Below are positions 1 to 10,159 of a stretch of DNA of 64,000 nucleotides, in pieces. The notes under the pieces were generated by a model, which was not told the origin of the DNA, did no database searches, and was given only the letters and a program-made list of their open reading frames with translations. Position numbers and translations under genes: made by a program. The DNA comes from a virus: UHGV virus genome UHGV-0057547; one strand, given 5' to 3'. Positions within the stretch are counted from its first letter, which is position 1. Each line of letters opens with the position of its first letter.

Positions 1-99
1 TACACTGTCCATACACCACCTATTCCCTATAAATAAGTAAAAGAGGGGGTACTTTATGATAATATCAATTACTGAATCAATAATATTACCTACATCCAT

Positions 100-520
100 A
101 TACACCATACCAATAAAATAACCACACTCTAATAAAACAACTATAAAAAAACGTGTTATTTTTGACCAATTTCAGTCTATTTTTAGCCAAAAACATACCA
201 TTTTTGACCAATTTTGGTACATTTTTGTACTATTTTTAATCAAAAATAACCATAAAATATACGATATATCATATAAAAAGTAATTATATAAAGTTATCCA
301 CAATTTCAACAAAGTTATCCACAGAATAATGTGGATTAAAAATAACGATAAATCACGAAAATATTAATATGACTATTTTTATATCCCATTAAGTCTCGTT
401 TTTATAGGGTAAATAAAAAAAATGTACGGTTAACCGAATAGGAAAAAATCCTACAAAAAATACATGGTTAACCGTACTCAAGAAATTGAAGTAAATAAAA
501 TACATGATTAATGATATATA
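100..520. promoter_or_regulatory. Putative replication origin: two consensus DnaA boxes TTATCCACA (294-302, 315-323) plus an inverted near-box (ttaatccaca on the minus strand); iterons ATTTTTGACCAATTT x2 (~162-230); repeated GGTTAACCG motif (~430-475)
   Basis: Direct sequence reading; DnaA box consensus TTATNCACA; AT-rich flanks. Confidence 0.45.
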
Positions 521-570
521 AAAGTGATAGAATGTAAAAAGGTTAAAGAAGTAATGAAAATAGACTACTA

Positions 571-1332
571 TTACTGTCTTAATTTGTCTTTTAAGTCAGC
601 ATTGAAATAAAAAAATTCATCCATCTTTCTTTCAAAATCATCTACACATGAACCTCTATTTAATTTTTCAATCCATTCTTCATATGATTTAGTTATGTAA
701 TGGTCTAAAGTTATTTTATCCATAGGCGTTAATCCATATGACATAGGACTATAAACTCTTTTGCAATTTGAATCAACAATAGTATTATAATTATTAGACA
801 TCATAGGAAAATGAGGTGACATTGCTACAATTCTATGAGCTTTAACTATACATTTTCCTCTAATATCATTATAATAAGGTACAACTTTTGTAAATCTTTC
901 TCTTACTAATCCATCTTCTTTTTTTATTTTGCCATTAGCATTATAAGTTAACCAATCTATATATAATCCATCATATTTTTCATATTGTTGCATAAAGTCA
1001 TTTATATTAGAATTATCCTTTATATTTATAAATTCATCAGTATCTATAAAAGCTATCCATTTTGATTCCCTACTATAATTATATAAACAATTGTTATAAC
1101 ATTTTATTTGAATATTACCATGTTCTTTTACATTTAATTTCCAATCTCTTATAGTACACTTATTTAAATATTCCTTGTTTATACTTTCTTTAATTGGTAC
1201 TGTTGACATATTATCATATATATAAAAATGATTAATACCTATACCAATATGATATTCTAACCATTCATTAATATAAGGATTTTCATCTTTGCATATAAGG
1301 CATATAGAAGTATTATATTTAAAATCCATCAT
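571..1332 (-). CDS. Glycosyltransferase-like protein (GT-A fold with DxD-like FIDTDEF motif)
   Basis: Motifs YHIGIGINHFYIYDN and WIAFIDTDEF resemble GT2/GT92-type phage glycosyltransferases. Confidence 0.4.
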   Translation of the reverse strand: MMDFKYNTSICLICKDENPYINEWLEYHIGIGINHFYIYDNMSTVPIKESINKEYLNKCTIRDWKLNVKEHGNIQIKCYNNCLYNYSRESKWIAFIDTDEFINIKDNSNINDFMQQYEKYDGLYIDWLTYNANGKIKKEDGLVRERFTKVVPYYNDIRGKCIVKAHRIVAMSPHFPMMSNNYNTIVDSNCKRVYSPMSYGLTPMDKITLDHYITKSYEEWIEKLNRGSCVDDFERKMDEFFYFNADLKDKLRQ

Positions 1333-1637
1333 TATTTTTCTTCTTTTCTATTTGCATTTGGAATAGTTTTTGGTTCAAAATAAACATTAGTTATATTTGT
1401 TGTTATATCTTCATTATCATTCAAATCTGTTGCGTTTAAACTATATACATCTGTATAAATATATAAGTTTTTATCTTTATCATTTATTTCTTTCAATCTT
1501 ATATCACTTGTTTCAACATATAAAATTTTAAAAGAAAGGCTATGTTAGCTAACTTTGTGATTAATTATATCTAAAATAGGCTATAATATAGGTATAGACT
1601 ATATTTCAACTAATTTACAGAAAGGATACCTAATATT

Positions 1638-2684
1638 ATGTCAAAAATAGATATAAAAGCTATGATAAAAGATTTAAAAAAGAATGAACTTACAGAGTTA
1701 ATTTCAGTAGCACAAGAAGTATTAAGTACTTTATTTAATTCTTCTGAAATTAGAGATAATGTTAAAGAAAGTAGATTTTCTAAAGGATACGAGTGCCCAA
1801 AATGTCAATGTAAAGATGTAAATAAAAATGGGAAATCTAATGGAAGACAAAGATATATATGTAAACGTTGTCGTACAAGTTTTGATGAGTTTACTATGTC
1901 CCCATTCTCTAATACAAAATTAGGGTTAGATAAATGGCTAAAATACTGCGAATTAATGATATTAGGACTTTCTATAAGAAAATGTGCTGAAGAAGTAGGA
2001 GTAGGTGTTAAAACGTCTTTTTACATGCGTCATAGGATACTTGATGTAATCAATTTATCATTAAAAAATGATAAAGTTGAAGGTATAGTTGAAGTAGATG
2101 AATGCTTTATTAAGGAGTCTTTTAAAGGGAATCATTCTAAAAGTACTACATTTGTAATGCCTAGAAATCCTAGAAAAAGAGGTAAAGGTAAAAATGATAA
2201 GAAGAAAAGAGGAATATCAAAAGAGCAGATTTGTATAGAGACAGCAATTGATAGAAAAGGAAATATCCTTATGGGTGCTGTTTGTAATGGTAGAATTACA
2301 ACAAATCAAATAGTTAACTTCTTTGACAATAAAATATGTGAAGATGCTACTTTTTGTGTAGATTCACATAAATCATATATGGGAATAAAGGATAAGTTGA
2401 ACATAGAGTTAAAGCAAGTTCCTAGAGGAAAATCAATGATAGATAGTGTTTATCATTTACAGCATATAAATGCTCTTCACAGTAGCTTTAAGAGATGGTT
2501 AATGACTTTTAATGGTGTATCCACAAAATATATCAATAATTATTTGGCTTGGTTTAAATTTCTACAACTAAGTAAGAAGAATAAAAAGAATGACCGAATT
2601 AAAGATATGCTAGTGAATGTAGCTACTAAGGATACATATGTAACTAGAGCCACTATTAGAAATAGATTCATTGAATTAACATAA
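1638..2684 (+). CDS. IS1595-family (ISXO2-like) transposase
   Basis: N-terminal zinc ribbon CPKCQC...RYICKRCRTSF followed by DDE region with VEVDECF motif. Confidence 0.65.
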   Translation: MSKIDIKAMIKDLKKNELTELISVAQEVLSTLFNSSEIRDNVKESRFSKGYECPKCQCKDVNKNGKSNGRQRYICKRCRTSFDEFTMSPFSNTKLGLDKWLKYCELMILGLSIRKCAEEVGVGVKTSFYMRHRILDVINLSLKNDKVEGIVEVDECFIKESFKGNHSKSTTFVMPRNPRKRGKGKNDKKKRGISKEQICIETAIDRKGNILMGAVCNGRITTNQIVNFFDNKICEDATFCVDSHKSYMGIKDKLNIELKQVPRGKSMIDSVYHLQHINALHSSFKRWLMTFNGVSTKYINNYLAWFKFLQLSKKNKKNDRIKDMLVNVATKDTYVTRATIRNRFIELT

Positions 2685-2817
2685 AGTAAGGAACTTTACT
2701 TCAAATTAATGAAACCATTTTATAATTGGAAAACAATTGAATACTTTATATAATATAATTAAGTTCGTAATTATTATATATTGAGAATTAATTATAAATA
2801 AAAAGGGGAAATTTTAT

Positions 2818-3525
2818 ATGGTAAAAGTAATTAGGTTAAGTTTATTTTTAATTGCTATATCATTATTTTTAACAGGGTGCAGTAATTCAAAAGAAGATAT
2901 AACTTTGGATATTAATAAAAATGAGAATTTAATTGATACTAATAATATTAATCAAATTATTTCTAATGATATTTATTCAAAAGAAACCGAAGAACAAGAA
3001 TTGATAAATATAATAGAATCAGTAGAAAAAAATAAACCTACTATGTCAGATGAAGAACGATATGATTTAAGAACTGATATATTCTTTAACTTAAATCAAG
3101 AGCAAGTTCTTAAATTTGGAGACTGTTATACTGCATTGAACCAAGTTATTTTTGATGATAGATATAAAGAATTATTCGATAAGGCAAATAATCGATGGGA
3201 TGCTTATGATAATAATGATTTATATGGAATTGTAAATACTATAAGATACATATCTAATTCAGTAAAAAATCAAGCGTTTAAAAATGATTTAAATAGAATT
3301 GAAGAATTGTGTTCATATGGATTAGAATATAGAGATATAATCGCACTTATTGATGCAAGAAGAATAATGAGAGATATTCAATATCACATATTTGAAGTTC
3401 CATATTTTAAAGAGGGAGATGCTATAGTTGAAATAAATGAAGAAGATTATAGCATATATTATGGAGCTAGTGAAGTATTAGAAGGAGATAGATATAAAAC
3501 TATAGGTATATATAGATATAAATAG
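2818..3525 (+). CDS. Lipoprotein, unknown function
   Basis: Signal peptide plus lipobox LFLTGC; RBS aaaagggg upstream. Confidence 0.5.
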   Translation: MVKVIRLSLFLIAISLFLTGCSNSKEDITLDINKNENLIDTNNINQIISNDIYSKETEEQELINIIESVEKNKPTMSDEERYDLRTDIFFNLNQEQVLKFGDCYTALNQVIFDDRYKELFDKANNRWDAYDNNDLYGIVNTIRYISNSVKNQAFKNDLNRIEELCSYGLEYRDIIALIDARRIMRDIQYHIFEVPYFKEGDAIVEINEEDYSIYYGASEVLEGDRYKTIGIYRYK

Positions 3526-3641
3526 TTTAACATAGCCTTTTATAAAATTAGGCTATGTTTTAAATAAGTGTTGAAAATGATATAATATAAACTAAATCGC
3601 AATTGTCATATATTGTGACTTATAAGTAAAACACTATAATA

Positions 3642-3998
3642 GTGTTGATTATGAAGAAAGGTGATGCGATGAAACAAGAAAAAAGGATATATATACGAAA
3701 GTATGTTTCAGCAATTATATTTTCTAACATAATAGTATGGTTTAGCTGGGCATTGCCATTAATACTACTAGATGGTATAAAACTTAATGATGAATATCTT
3801 TTACAATTGGGATTTCTGTTAAGAATAGTGCTAAGTACAATACCTTTCATAGTGCTATTTGATTATACTAAGAGGAAGTATAAAGAAAATAAATTTACGA
3901 AAATGTGCTATATTTGTAGTATTATAAGTATGTTGTTATTACCAACTTTGTTTTTCATATTACATCTTGAAATAGGATATGGAGGTTGGTTTTGGTAA
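3642..3998 (+). CDS. Small integral membrane protein
   Basis: Three hydrophobic helices; ORF track. Confidence 0.35.
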   Translation: MLIMKKGDAMKQEKRIYIRKYVSAIIFSNIIVWFSWALPLILLDGIKLNDEYLLQLGFLLRIVLSTIPFIVLFDYTKRKYKENKFTKMCYICSIISMLLLPTLFFILHLEIGYGGWFW

Positions 3999-4106
3999 AA
4001 GTTATAATTTATAGAAGTAGCTTAATAGACAATATTAATATATTACGAACAATTTATAGTAAGTTATATAATCAACCACATATTAGAATTCAATATATTG
4101 AAAATT

Positions 4107-4505
4107 CTAAGGTGTGGTTGTTTTTATGTCATATTTATCACGAAGATAGCTAACATAGCCAAAAGAAATATCAGTACCATATTGACTAGCTTTATAACAT
4201 ATTAATTCATTTTTTTTAACAATATAAACTGGCATGTCTTCATATGAATCATAAGAAAGTAAATTCTTTTTATCGAATAAAAGTGGAATATCTATGCTTG
4301 ATGTACCAACATCAACTATAACATGTATATATCCACCCATATCTAATAATTTTTCAATATTTACATCTTCCTGTGAAATGGTAGCATTACCATATGTATC
4401 TGAAGTAAATGTTATAGGAATCATTTTTGAATCATTAGTATTTACTCCACCTGTTTCATTATTGTTATTAACAATAAAACCAAATTTATTATTTTTATCA
4501 AACAT
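4107..4505 (-). CDS. Hypothetical protein, paralog of the following gene (shared MFDKNNKFGF N-terminus)
   Basis: N-terminal identity to the 4532..5689 product; near-identical upstream RBS/leader. Confidence 0.45.
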   Translation of the reverse strand: MFDKNNKFGFIVNNNNETGGVNTNDSKMIPITFTSDTYGNATISQEDVNIEKLLDMGGYIHVIVDVGTSSIDIPLLFDKKNLLSYDSYEDMPVYIVKKNELICYKASQYGTDISFGYVSYLRDKYDIKTTTP

Positions 4506-4531
4506 ATTATTTCTCCTTTCTATTCTTTTAT

Positions 4532-5689
4532 TTATTCACTTTTAGGTACAAATATTTTACTAACTCCATTTATTGTTACAACTAGTTCACCATTTTCATT
4601 AAAAGATAACATATTATTTAGACTATCATCTACATATTTTTTAGTAGCTATTTCATCAATTTCTAATATTTTTTTACTCTTTATAATTAAATCATTAGTA
4701 AACACATAATTTTTAACAGATGCTAATGCAGTACTACAAGTAACCAAGTTATTATTAGAAAATGTCATACATAACTCAATGACATGTCCATCTTCCAATT
4801 CGCAAAGAGTGCCAGTATATCCAACTGTTTTATTTGAAACATATGTTAATTCATTAATAATATCTCCATAACAAGCATAATAAATATGTTTTCCATCATT
4901 AGGATTTATAACATTTAAATTTTGACTTGGTGAAATTCCAGCTCCACTATCATTACATTTGTCCAACTCAGACTGTGGTACAGTTAAAACAGTTTCTAAT
5001 TCATCAATTAAAAATTTATTATCTACATATCTTTTAGTTACTGGTTGATATGTATCTGTAGGTGTAAATTCATTAGAATTATCTAATGTTAAATAATTTC
5101 TTCTTCTCACATATACAGATACAACACTATTTTTAATTGAATTAATATCTTCTTCTGATATATATCCTGATGAGATTCTTACTTGCAATACACAATAAGA
5201 ATTATCATCTATTGTTGTTGTAGCGTTTGTACATCTCTTATTAGGTAATACTTTTACTGCTATATAACCATATTTTATTTTAACGCCGGAATAATTGATT
5301 GCATCTGATAATTCCATTTGAAAAGATTTTCCATATTTAATATCACCTGATATAGCACCAGTTTTTATTTCGTTTCCAATTTTATATTTTACACTAAAGA
5401 ATAATTCATCTAAATCATTTAAACCATCTAAAGATTTATTTATATTACAAACGAATAAAGGTGCTTTATAATTATTGTTGACAGTTGAGTTTCTCATTTG
5501 TTCAAATGAAATTATATCAGATAATTTTGATTCTACAATTAAAAAATTTTTTGAATATAAATTTTCACTAATAGTTTGGATATTTTTAAGTTCTAAAACA
5601 TCAGCTTTATCATCTATATATTTTTTTATATCTGAACTATTTGATTCATTGTTATTAATGAATCCAAATTTATTATCTTTATCAAACAT
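4532..5689 (-). CDS. Hypothetical protein (MFDKDNKFGF N-terminus; possible virion or cell-surface binding protein)
   Basis: ORF with RBS; duplicated N-terminal module and upstream region. Confidence 0.45.
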   Translation of the reverse strand: MFDKDNKFGFINNNESNSSDIKKYIDDKADVLELKNIQTISENLYSKNFLIVESKLSDIISFEQMRNSTVNNNYKAPLFVCNINKSLDGLNDLDELFFSVKYKIGNEIKTGAISGDIKYGKSFQMELSDAINYSGVKIKYGYIAVKVLPNKRCTNATTTIDDNSYCVLQVRISSGYISEEDINSIKNSVVSVYVRRRNYLTLDNSNEFTPTDTYQPVTKRYVDNKFLIDELETVLTVPQSELDKCNDSGAGISPSQNLNVINPNDGKHIYYACYGDIINELTYVSNKTVGYTGTLCELEDGHVIELCMTFSNNNLVTCSTALASVKNYVFTNDLIIKSKKILEIDEIATKKYVDDSLNNMLSFNENGELVVTINGVSKIFVPKSE

Positions 5690-5769
5690 TTTATTTCTCC
5701 TTTCTATTTATTATAAAAAAATAAAGGGAAATATATAGAATCATATCTATTATTTCCCTTTATACAAAA

Positions 5770-6033
5770 TTAATTTAACCCTATATATCTAACTTTTGAA
5801 CCACTTTCAACAACAACTATTGATTCTATTATTACATTTCCTAAACTTAAAGTTTCATTAGCACGCATTAATATTTTGTCTCCGTCATTGAATATAACAT
5901 TTATTTCTCCTTCACCCATGTTTTGAACTTGAACGTTAGTTATTGATTCTATAGTTCCTTCATTACCATCAGATAATATTTCTTGATTTTCTTTTTCAGT
6001 TGTAACTACTTTACCTCTAACTTTAACTGCCAT
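5770..6033 (-). CDS. Hypothetical small protein (start at MAVKVRG preceded by aaggaggtg RBS)
   Basis: Strong RBS before internal Met; ORF track. Confidence 0.4.
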   Translation of the reverse strand: MAVKVRGKVVTTEKENQEILSDGNEGTIESITNVQVQNMGEGEINVIFNDGDKILMRANETLSLGNVIIESIVVVESGSKVRYIGLN

Positions 6034-6127
6034 TGTCTTCACCTCCTTAATTACATTATACATATATAATATAATACTTGATTTTTAAAAAAAACATTAG
6101 TATAATAAAATTAAAAGGAGAGATTTA

Positions 6128-6295
6128 ATGGAAGAAAAGAAAGTAAGTTGTGGATTTTGCAAATATTTTAGGGTAAAAGATTTAGGAAATGGATTTTGTG
6201 AAATCCTATGTGATAAAAATGAAGTAAATTTACCTTATCAACCTTGCGAGGTTTATGAAGAAAAACTAAAATCTAATGAACAGAATGGAGAATAA
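6128..6295 (+). CDS. Small Cys-rich protein (55 aa), translationally coupled to the next ORF
   Basis: RBS aaaaggagag; CGFC..C..C motif; stop adjacent to next ATG. Confidence 0.3.
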   Translation: MEEKKVSCGFCKYFRVKDLGNGFCEILCDKNEVNLPYQPCEVYEEKLKSNEQNGE

Positions 6296-6297
6296 AT

Positions 6298-6540
6298 ATG
6301 GATAAAAAATACAACAAAATGGATATGGAAATGTTAAATGTACCTTGTGGTAGTGTTATTATGGAATTTGAAAAAGATGGAGAAGAATATAAGGCTGAAA
6401 TAATAAAAATACCTATTAAATATTTTTTAATAACTGATATGCTAGATGGATTTATGAAAAGAATTATAGAAGATTTATATAAGCAAGGTTGGGATTTTTC
6501 TAAAGCAATAGATTTTACTGAAATAGTTAATGAAGATTAG
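6298..6540 (+). CDS. Hypothetical protein
   Basis: ORF track. Confidence 0.35.
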   Translation: MDKKYNKMDMEMLNVPCGSVIMEFEKDGEEYKAEIIKIPIKYFLITDMLDGFMKRIIEDLYKQGWDFSKAIDFTEIVNED

Positions 6541-6566
6541 AGAGGATACTATCCTCTCTTTTTATA

Positions 6567-7526
6567 TTATTTATAATCTCTAAATACCATAATAATACCA
6601 TTATTTCTTAAGACTATATAACCTGTTTTTACAGTAAAAGAATATTCATATCTACTTCTAAATAATTTCATATTTTTTACATTTGCTCTAAGACCTAAAT
6701 TGTTCATCTTTAAAAGATGGTCTTCATATTTATGGCAAGGAATACCATATAATGTATATGCCATTTGAATAAAATCTAAACTATCTTTATCTTTAGGTAT
6801 TATCTTATTGTTCATATCATTTAATCTATCTAATTTATCAACTATAAATCTTATTTCATCATAAGAATAATTAAGTATACTCTTAAGAAATACATCTTTA
6901 TCTCTAGGTAAACTAAAACTTAATGTTCTCCAACGAACATCTTTTTTATATCTTACTTTACATTTATTTAATAAAACTTCCCAAGGTTTCATGGTTTTTT
7001 CAAACTTTTCAATAGATTCATCTCTCATATCCAAAGTGCATACATTAGATTTGTCTATATTTCCATACATTATACTTCTTAACATTAGTTCCATTTTATT
7101 TTCTGTTAATTGACTGCTAGTATTAGAAATATAAGTAAAAGTATTTATAAATAAAAAATGAGAAAATATTGATTTTTTAAGTGGAATATCTTTAGTCATA
7201 ATATCTACATATCTATTATCATGTCTAAATATTACATCTCCATATTCATTTATACTAGTATCTCTATATTTACCAAAGAATATTCCTTCATCATTTATTA
7301 ATATATCTAATTTTCTTTGAAAAGTAATCCTATTTAATCCTTTAGATTTTCTTTTAATATAATTGAGTGGTAATAATAATTCAACATGTTTATCTTTAGG
7401 AAAATATGTTAATACCTTTTCTCCTTTTTTATAATCTTTTATATATTTCCATTCTTGTCCATTAAAATACTCCATATTTTCTCCAAAGAAAGTATTTCTT
7501 GTTTCTAATCTTGGCATTAATATCAA
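6567..7526 (-). CDS. Hypothetical protein
   Basis: ORF track, 319 aa, no recognisable motif. Confidence 0.4.
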   Translation of the reverse strand: MILMPRLETRNTFFGENMEYFNGQEWKYIKDYKKGEKVLTYFPKDKHVELLLPLNYIKRKSKGLNRITFQRKLDILINDEGIFFGKYRDTSINEYGDVIFRHDNRYVDIMTKDIPLKKSIFSHFLFINTFTYISNTSSQLTENKMELMLRSIMYGNIDKSNVCTLDMRDESIEKFEKTMKPWEVLLNKCKVRYKKDVRWRTLSFSLPRDKDVFLKSILNYSYDEIRFIVDKLDRLNDMNNKIIPKDKDSLDFIQMAYTLYGIPCHKYEDHLLKMNNLGLRANVKNMKLFRSRYEYSFTVKTGYIVLRNNGIIMVFRDYK

Positions 7527-7743
7527 TCCTTTCTATTTTATTTACATATATTAAATAAGACAATAAAATTTTATACGATATTTCGAGTAATTTATTTTAC
7601 TTTTAATAAAATTATGAGTATAATATATATAAAATAAATAAAAACAAAGGGGAGATAACAGTTAAAGATAAGTTATAAAATTTTATAAAATACTATTGAT
7701 TTTTATCACTTATCTTAGTATTTTATAATAAAGAGGTGATAAA

Positions 7744-8874
7744 ATGATAAAATCATTCACTATTAAATTATATCCAAATAAACAACAAGAATTATTATTT
7801 TATAAACATATTAATTGCCAAAGATATATTTATAATTGGGCATTAAATTTAAATAATGAATTGTATAAAAAAGATAAAAAGAAATATTCTTCAACAGAAT
7901 TAGGTAAAATACTAACGCAATATAAAAAGCAAGAAATTTGGTTGAATGAAGTTTCTAATGCAACATTAAAAGAATCAATTAGAAATTTAGACAAAGCATA
8001 TACTAATTTTTATAAGAAAAAAGCAAATTTACCTAGATTTAAAAGTAAAAAGAAATCTAAATTAAGTTTCTATAGTAGATATGAGAAAATTAAATTTTAT
8101 GAAAATAATAGAGTTAATTTAGAAAAAATAGGTAAAGTTAAATATAAATCTAGTTACAATATTGATTTTAGTAAAGAAACTTCATTCAAGAATCCACATG
8201 TTAGTTATAATGGTAGATGTTGGATTTTAACTTTTGCATTAGATATTGAAGATAAAATTGAGTTTTTGACAAATGAAGTAATAGGAATAGATTTAGGAAT
8301 TAAATATTTAGCAATTTGTAGTGATGGTGTTGTTTACAAAAATATCAATAAAGAAATGAAAGTTAAAAAATTAGAAAAAAGATTAAAGAGATTACAAAAA
8401 CAAGTAAGTAGAAAATATGAAATGAATAAGAAAGGAGGTCGTTACTTTAAGACTAATAATATTAAAAAGTTAGAAAAAGACATTAAACGTATTCATCGAA
8501 GACTTAAAAATATAAGATTGAACTATTTACATCAAACAACTGCTGATATTGTGAAAACCAAACCATACAGAGTTGTAATGGAAGATTTGAGTATAACTAA
8601 TATGATGAAGAACAAATCAATAGCTAAGCAAGTATCTAAATTAGGCTTGTATGAGTTTATAAGACAAATGAAATATAAATGCGAGTGGAATGGTATTGAA
8701 TTTATACAAGTAAATAGATATTATCCTTCAAGTAAAAAATGTAGCAATTGTGGAAATATTAAAAAAGATTTGAAGTTATCAGATAGAGTTTATAAATGTG
8801 ATAAATGTGGATTAGATATTGATAGAGACTTTAATGCTAGTTTAAATCTTATGAATTATGGATTATCACATTAA
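7744..8874 (+). CDS. tnpB: TnpB (IS200/IS605-family OrfB, RuvC-like RNA-guided endonuclease), solo without TnpA
   Basis: C-terminal zinc finger CSNCG...CDKCG and RuvC-III-like DRDFNASLNL; N-terminal IKLYPNKQQ typical of OrfB. Confidence 0.8.
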   Translation: MIKSFTIKLYPNKQQELLFYKHINCQRYIYNWALNLNNELYKKDKKKYSSTELGKILTQYKKQEIWLNEVSNATLKESIRNLDKAYTNFYKKKANLPRFKSKKKSKLSFYSRYEKIKFYENNRVNLEKIGKVKYKSSYNIDFSKETSFKNPHVSYNGRCWILTFALDIEDKIEFLTNEVIGIDLGIKYLAICSDGVVYKNINKEMKVKKLEKRLKRLQKQVSRKYEMNKKGGRYFKTNNIKKLEKDIKRIHRRLKNIRLNYLHQTTADIVKTKPYRVVMEDLSITNMMKNKSIAKQVSKLGLYEFIRQMKYKCEWNGIEFIQVNRYYPSSKKCSNCGNIKKDLKLSDRVYKCDKCGLDIDRDFNASLNLMNYGLSH

Positions 8875-9010
8875 AAGATAACCATAATATGTACCTATTC
8901 GTTAGTGGGGAATTTAAGTCCTTCAAATATTATTACTAGAGTAGGTTTGCTGAAATAGAATAATAAAAGGAAATTATAACTTTTTTATAAGTTTTAAGTA
9001 ACGGAGATAG
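8875..9010 (+). ncRNA. Candidate omega-RNA / right end of the TnpB element
   Basis: Inference from established TnpB architecture (guide RNA encoded at tnpB 3' end and downstream); not verified structurally. Confidence 0.25.
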
Positions 9011-9012
9011 AT

Positions 9013-10155
9013 ATGAACGAATTTGAAAAATTCATGATAATAAATGAAAATAAAAGTTTAAAGAAAGAAATTGAAAATTTAGAAAAAATAATAAAAGGTT
9101 ATGAAAACAATAAATGTGATGAAAGTAATGAAGAAGTTGAAGGAATAGAATGTGCATATGACTATGATACTTCTAAAGAATTTGAAAATCAACTTAAAGA
9201 AATAAGAAGAAAACAAAAAGTGTTAATTAAAAATAAAGAAGCTATAATACATGACATGGAATGGACAGTTCAAGGAAGTGAAGCTAAAGGTAATAAGCTT
9301 ATGAAAGATATATCTAACTTAGCACTTATGAGTTTCAATGATTATTGCGATACATTAATAATTAAATTAAAATATAGTGGAATTGACAAAGTAAAAGACA
9401 ATATTACAAATAAATATAATAAAATAAATAAATTACTTAAATCTTTCTGTACAAGAATATCTGTTGATTTACTTAAATTAAAATATATAGAAGCTGATTT
9501 ACGATGTGGCTGGTTAAGAAAAAAAGAAGAAGAAAAAGAAGAAATTAGAAGAAAAGAAGCTGAAATAAGAGAACAATTAAAATTAGAAGAAGAAATAAAC
9601 AAAGCTAAAGAAAAAATACAATATGAACAAGCACAGTATAATTCTGAGATAGTAAGATTACAAGAACAATTAATTAATGAACAAGGTAATAATAAAGTTA
9701 TAAAGAAACAATTAGCTAAATTAGAAGACAAAATAGCTAAATTAGAAGAAAAGAAAAAAGATGTATTAAATAGACAAATAAATAAAAAGGCTGGTTGGGT
9801 ATATGTAATAAGTAATGATTCATTTGAAGGTAAAGAAGTATACAAAGTGGGAACAACAAGAAGATTAGAACCTTTAACTAGAGTTGCAGAATTATCTAGT
9901 GCTTCTGTTCCATTTAAATTTAAAGTACATTCAATAATATTTAGCGAAGATTGTTATGATTTAGAGTCTACTTTACATAAGGCTTTAGATGACAAACGTT
10001 GGAATTTAGCAAACAAACATAAAGAGTTTTTTGTTTGTAGTCTTGATGAAATAAAAGAAGAAGTATTAAAATATAATCCTACTGCAACATTCATAGATAA
10101 TCCAACTGATGATGAATATGAAATAACTCAACAATTAAGTAAGAAGGTGATTTAA
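9013..10155 (+). CDS. DUF4041-like coiled-coil N-terminus plus C-terminal T5orf172/GIY-YIG-like domain protein
   Basis: C-terminal GWVYVISN...YKVGTT...R......PF..K.H motif pattern; long coiled coil. Confidence 0.5.
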   Translation: MNEFEKFMIINENKSLKKEIENLEKIIKGYENNKCDESNEEVEGIECAYDYDTSKEFENQLKEIRRKQKVLIKNKEAIIHDMEWTVQGSEAKGNKLMKDISNLALMSFNDYCDTLIIKLKYSGIDKVKDNITNKYNKINKLLKSFCTRISVDLLKLKYIEADLRCGWLRKKEEEKEEIRRKEAEIREQLKLEEEINKAKEKIQYEQAQYNSEIVRLQEQLINEQGNNKVIKKQLAKLEDKIAKLEEKKKDVLNRQINKKAGWVYVISNDSFEGKEVYKVGTTRRLEPLTRVAELSSASVPFKFKVHSIIFSEDCYDLESTLHKALDDKRWNLANKHKEFFVCSLDEIKEEVLKYNPTATFIDNPTDDEYEITQQLSKKVI

Positions 10156-10159
10156 TTAT

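Noticed and set aside
1538-3560. aggctatgtt repeats as IS1595 terminal inverted repeats
   Set aside because: They are direct rather than inverted, and would enclose an unrelated lipoprotein gene; probably coincidental.
3620-3850. ORF 3620..3850(-)
   Set aside because: Overlaps the plus-strand membrane-protein ORF, which has better start context; likely spurious.
9342-9845. Antisense ORFs overlapping annotated genes (9342..9845, 12427..12988, 13508..13798, 20041..20229, 23803..24054, 45622..46045, 56469..57314, 59301..60701)
   Set aside because: Low-complexity mirror frames of repeat-rich or coiled-coil genes. No RBS. They are fully nested in stronger ORFs on the other strand.
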